Assembly (NCBI GenBank): GCA_965223795.1
Contig: CBDCXL010000001.1
Span: forward strand, 384,001-448,000
Length of the DNA: 64,000 bases
Origin: Nitrospinales bacterium
GTDB taxonomy: Bacteria > Nitrospinota > Nitrospinia > Nitrospinales > VA-1
Direction: 5' to 3'
The notes beneath the pieces were generated by a model. It did no database searches and had not been told where the DNA came from. It was given only the letters and a program-made list of their open reading frames with translations. Position numbers and translations under genes: made by a program. This document shows, piece after piece, positions 63,854 to 64,000 of the stretch (the stretch's first letter is position 1; every line of letters begins with the position of its first letter).

Positions 63854-64000
63854 CTTTGCGATGCTTTTGTGAGGAAACTCCGGGAGGGGTTTTTCCGGGC
63901 CTGAAAATTCGGTATCATTGAAATGAACAACCCGCATCGTTTGGCTGACGGCTCCCGGCGGCGGTCAGCCGCAACGCCCGGCTGCCGGAACTGGATGATT

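Overview
A GC-rich bacterial chromosomal segment. Gene content and style suggest a Nitrospinota/deltaproteobacteria-like organism, but this is inference and cannot be verified here. Housekeeping core: truA, a HelD-like helicase, two Mrp/ApbC Fe-S carriers, a type IIA topoisomerase pair in A-then-B order (ParC/ParE-like), dprA-topA-trmFO, proA, trpE-G-D-C and trpF-B-A, a moxR-DUF58-batA-batB cluster, a BI-1 family gene and a trypsin-PDZ protease. No rRNA, tRNA, CRISPR array, integrase or transposase was seen. Most notable observations: (1) three tandem GAF-GAF-MshEN-like PilB/GspE ATPases, the third catalytically degenerate and preceded by two perfect CRP-type sites; (2) a structured non-coding RNA with its own sigma70 promoter directly upstream of a TolC-like gene that appears to lack beta-barrel strands; (3) an orphan phage-type switch (XRE repressor, operator-containing divergent promoter, small beta-rich protein and Ser/Trp/Gly/Arg-rich peptide); (4) tandem NrdR-like boxes upstream of the topoisomerase operon; (5) a TGTCA...TGACA REP-like repeat family whose inverted copies bracket single genes; (6) LRR plus beta-propeller gene clusters on both sides of the trp genes.
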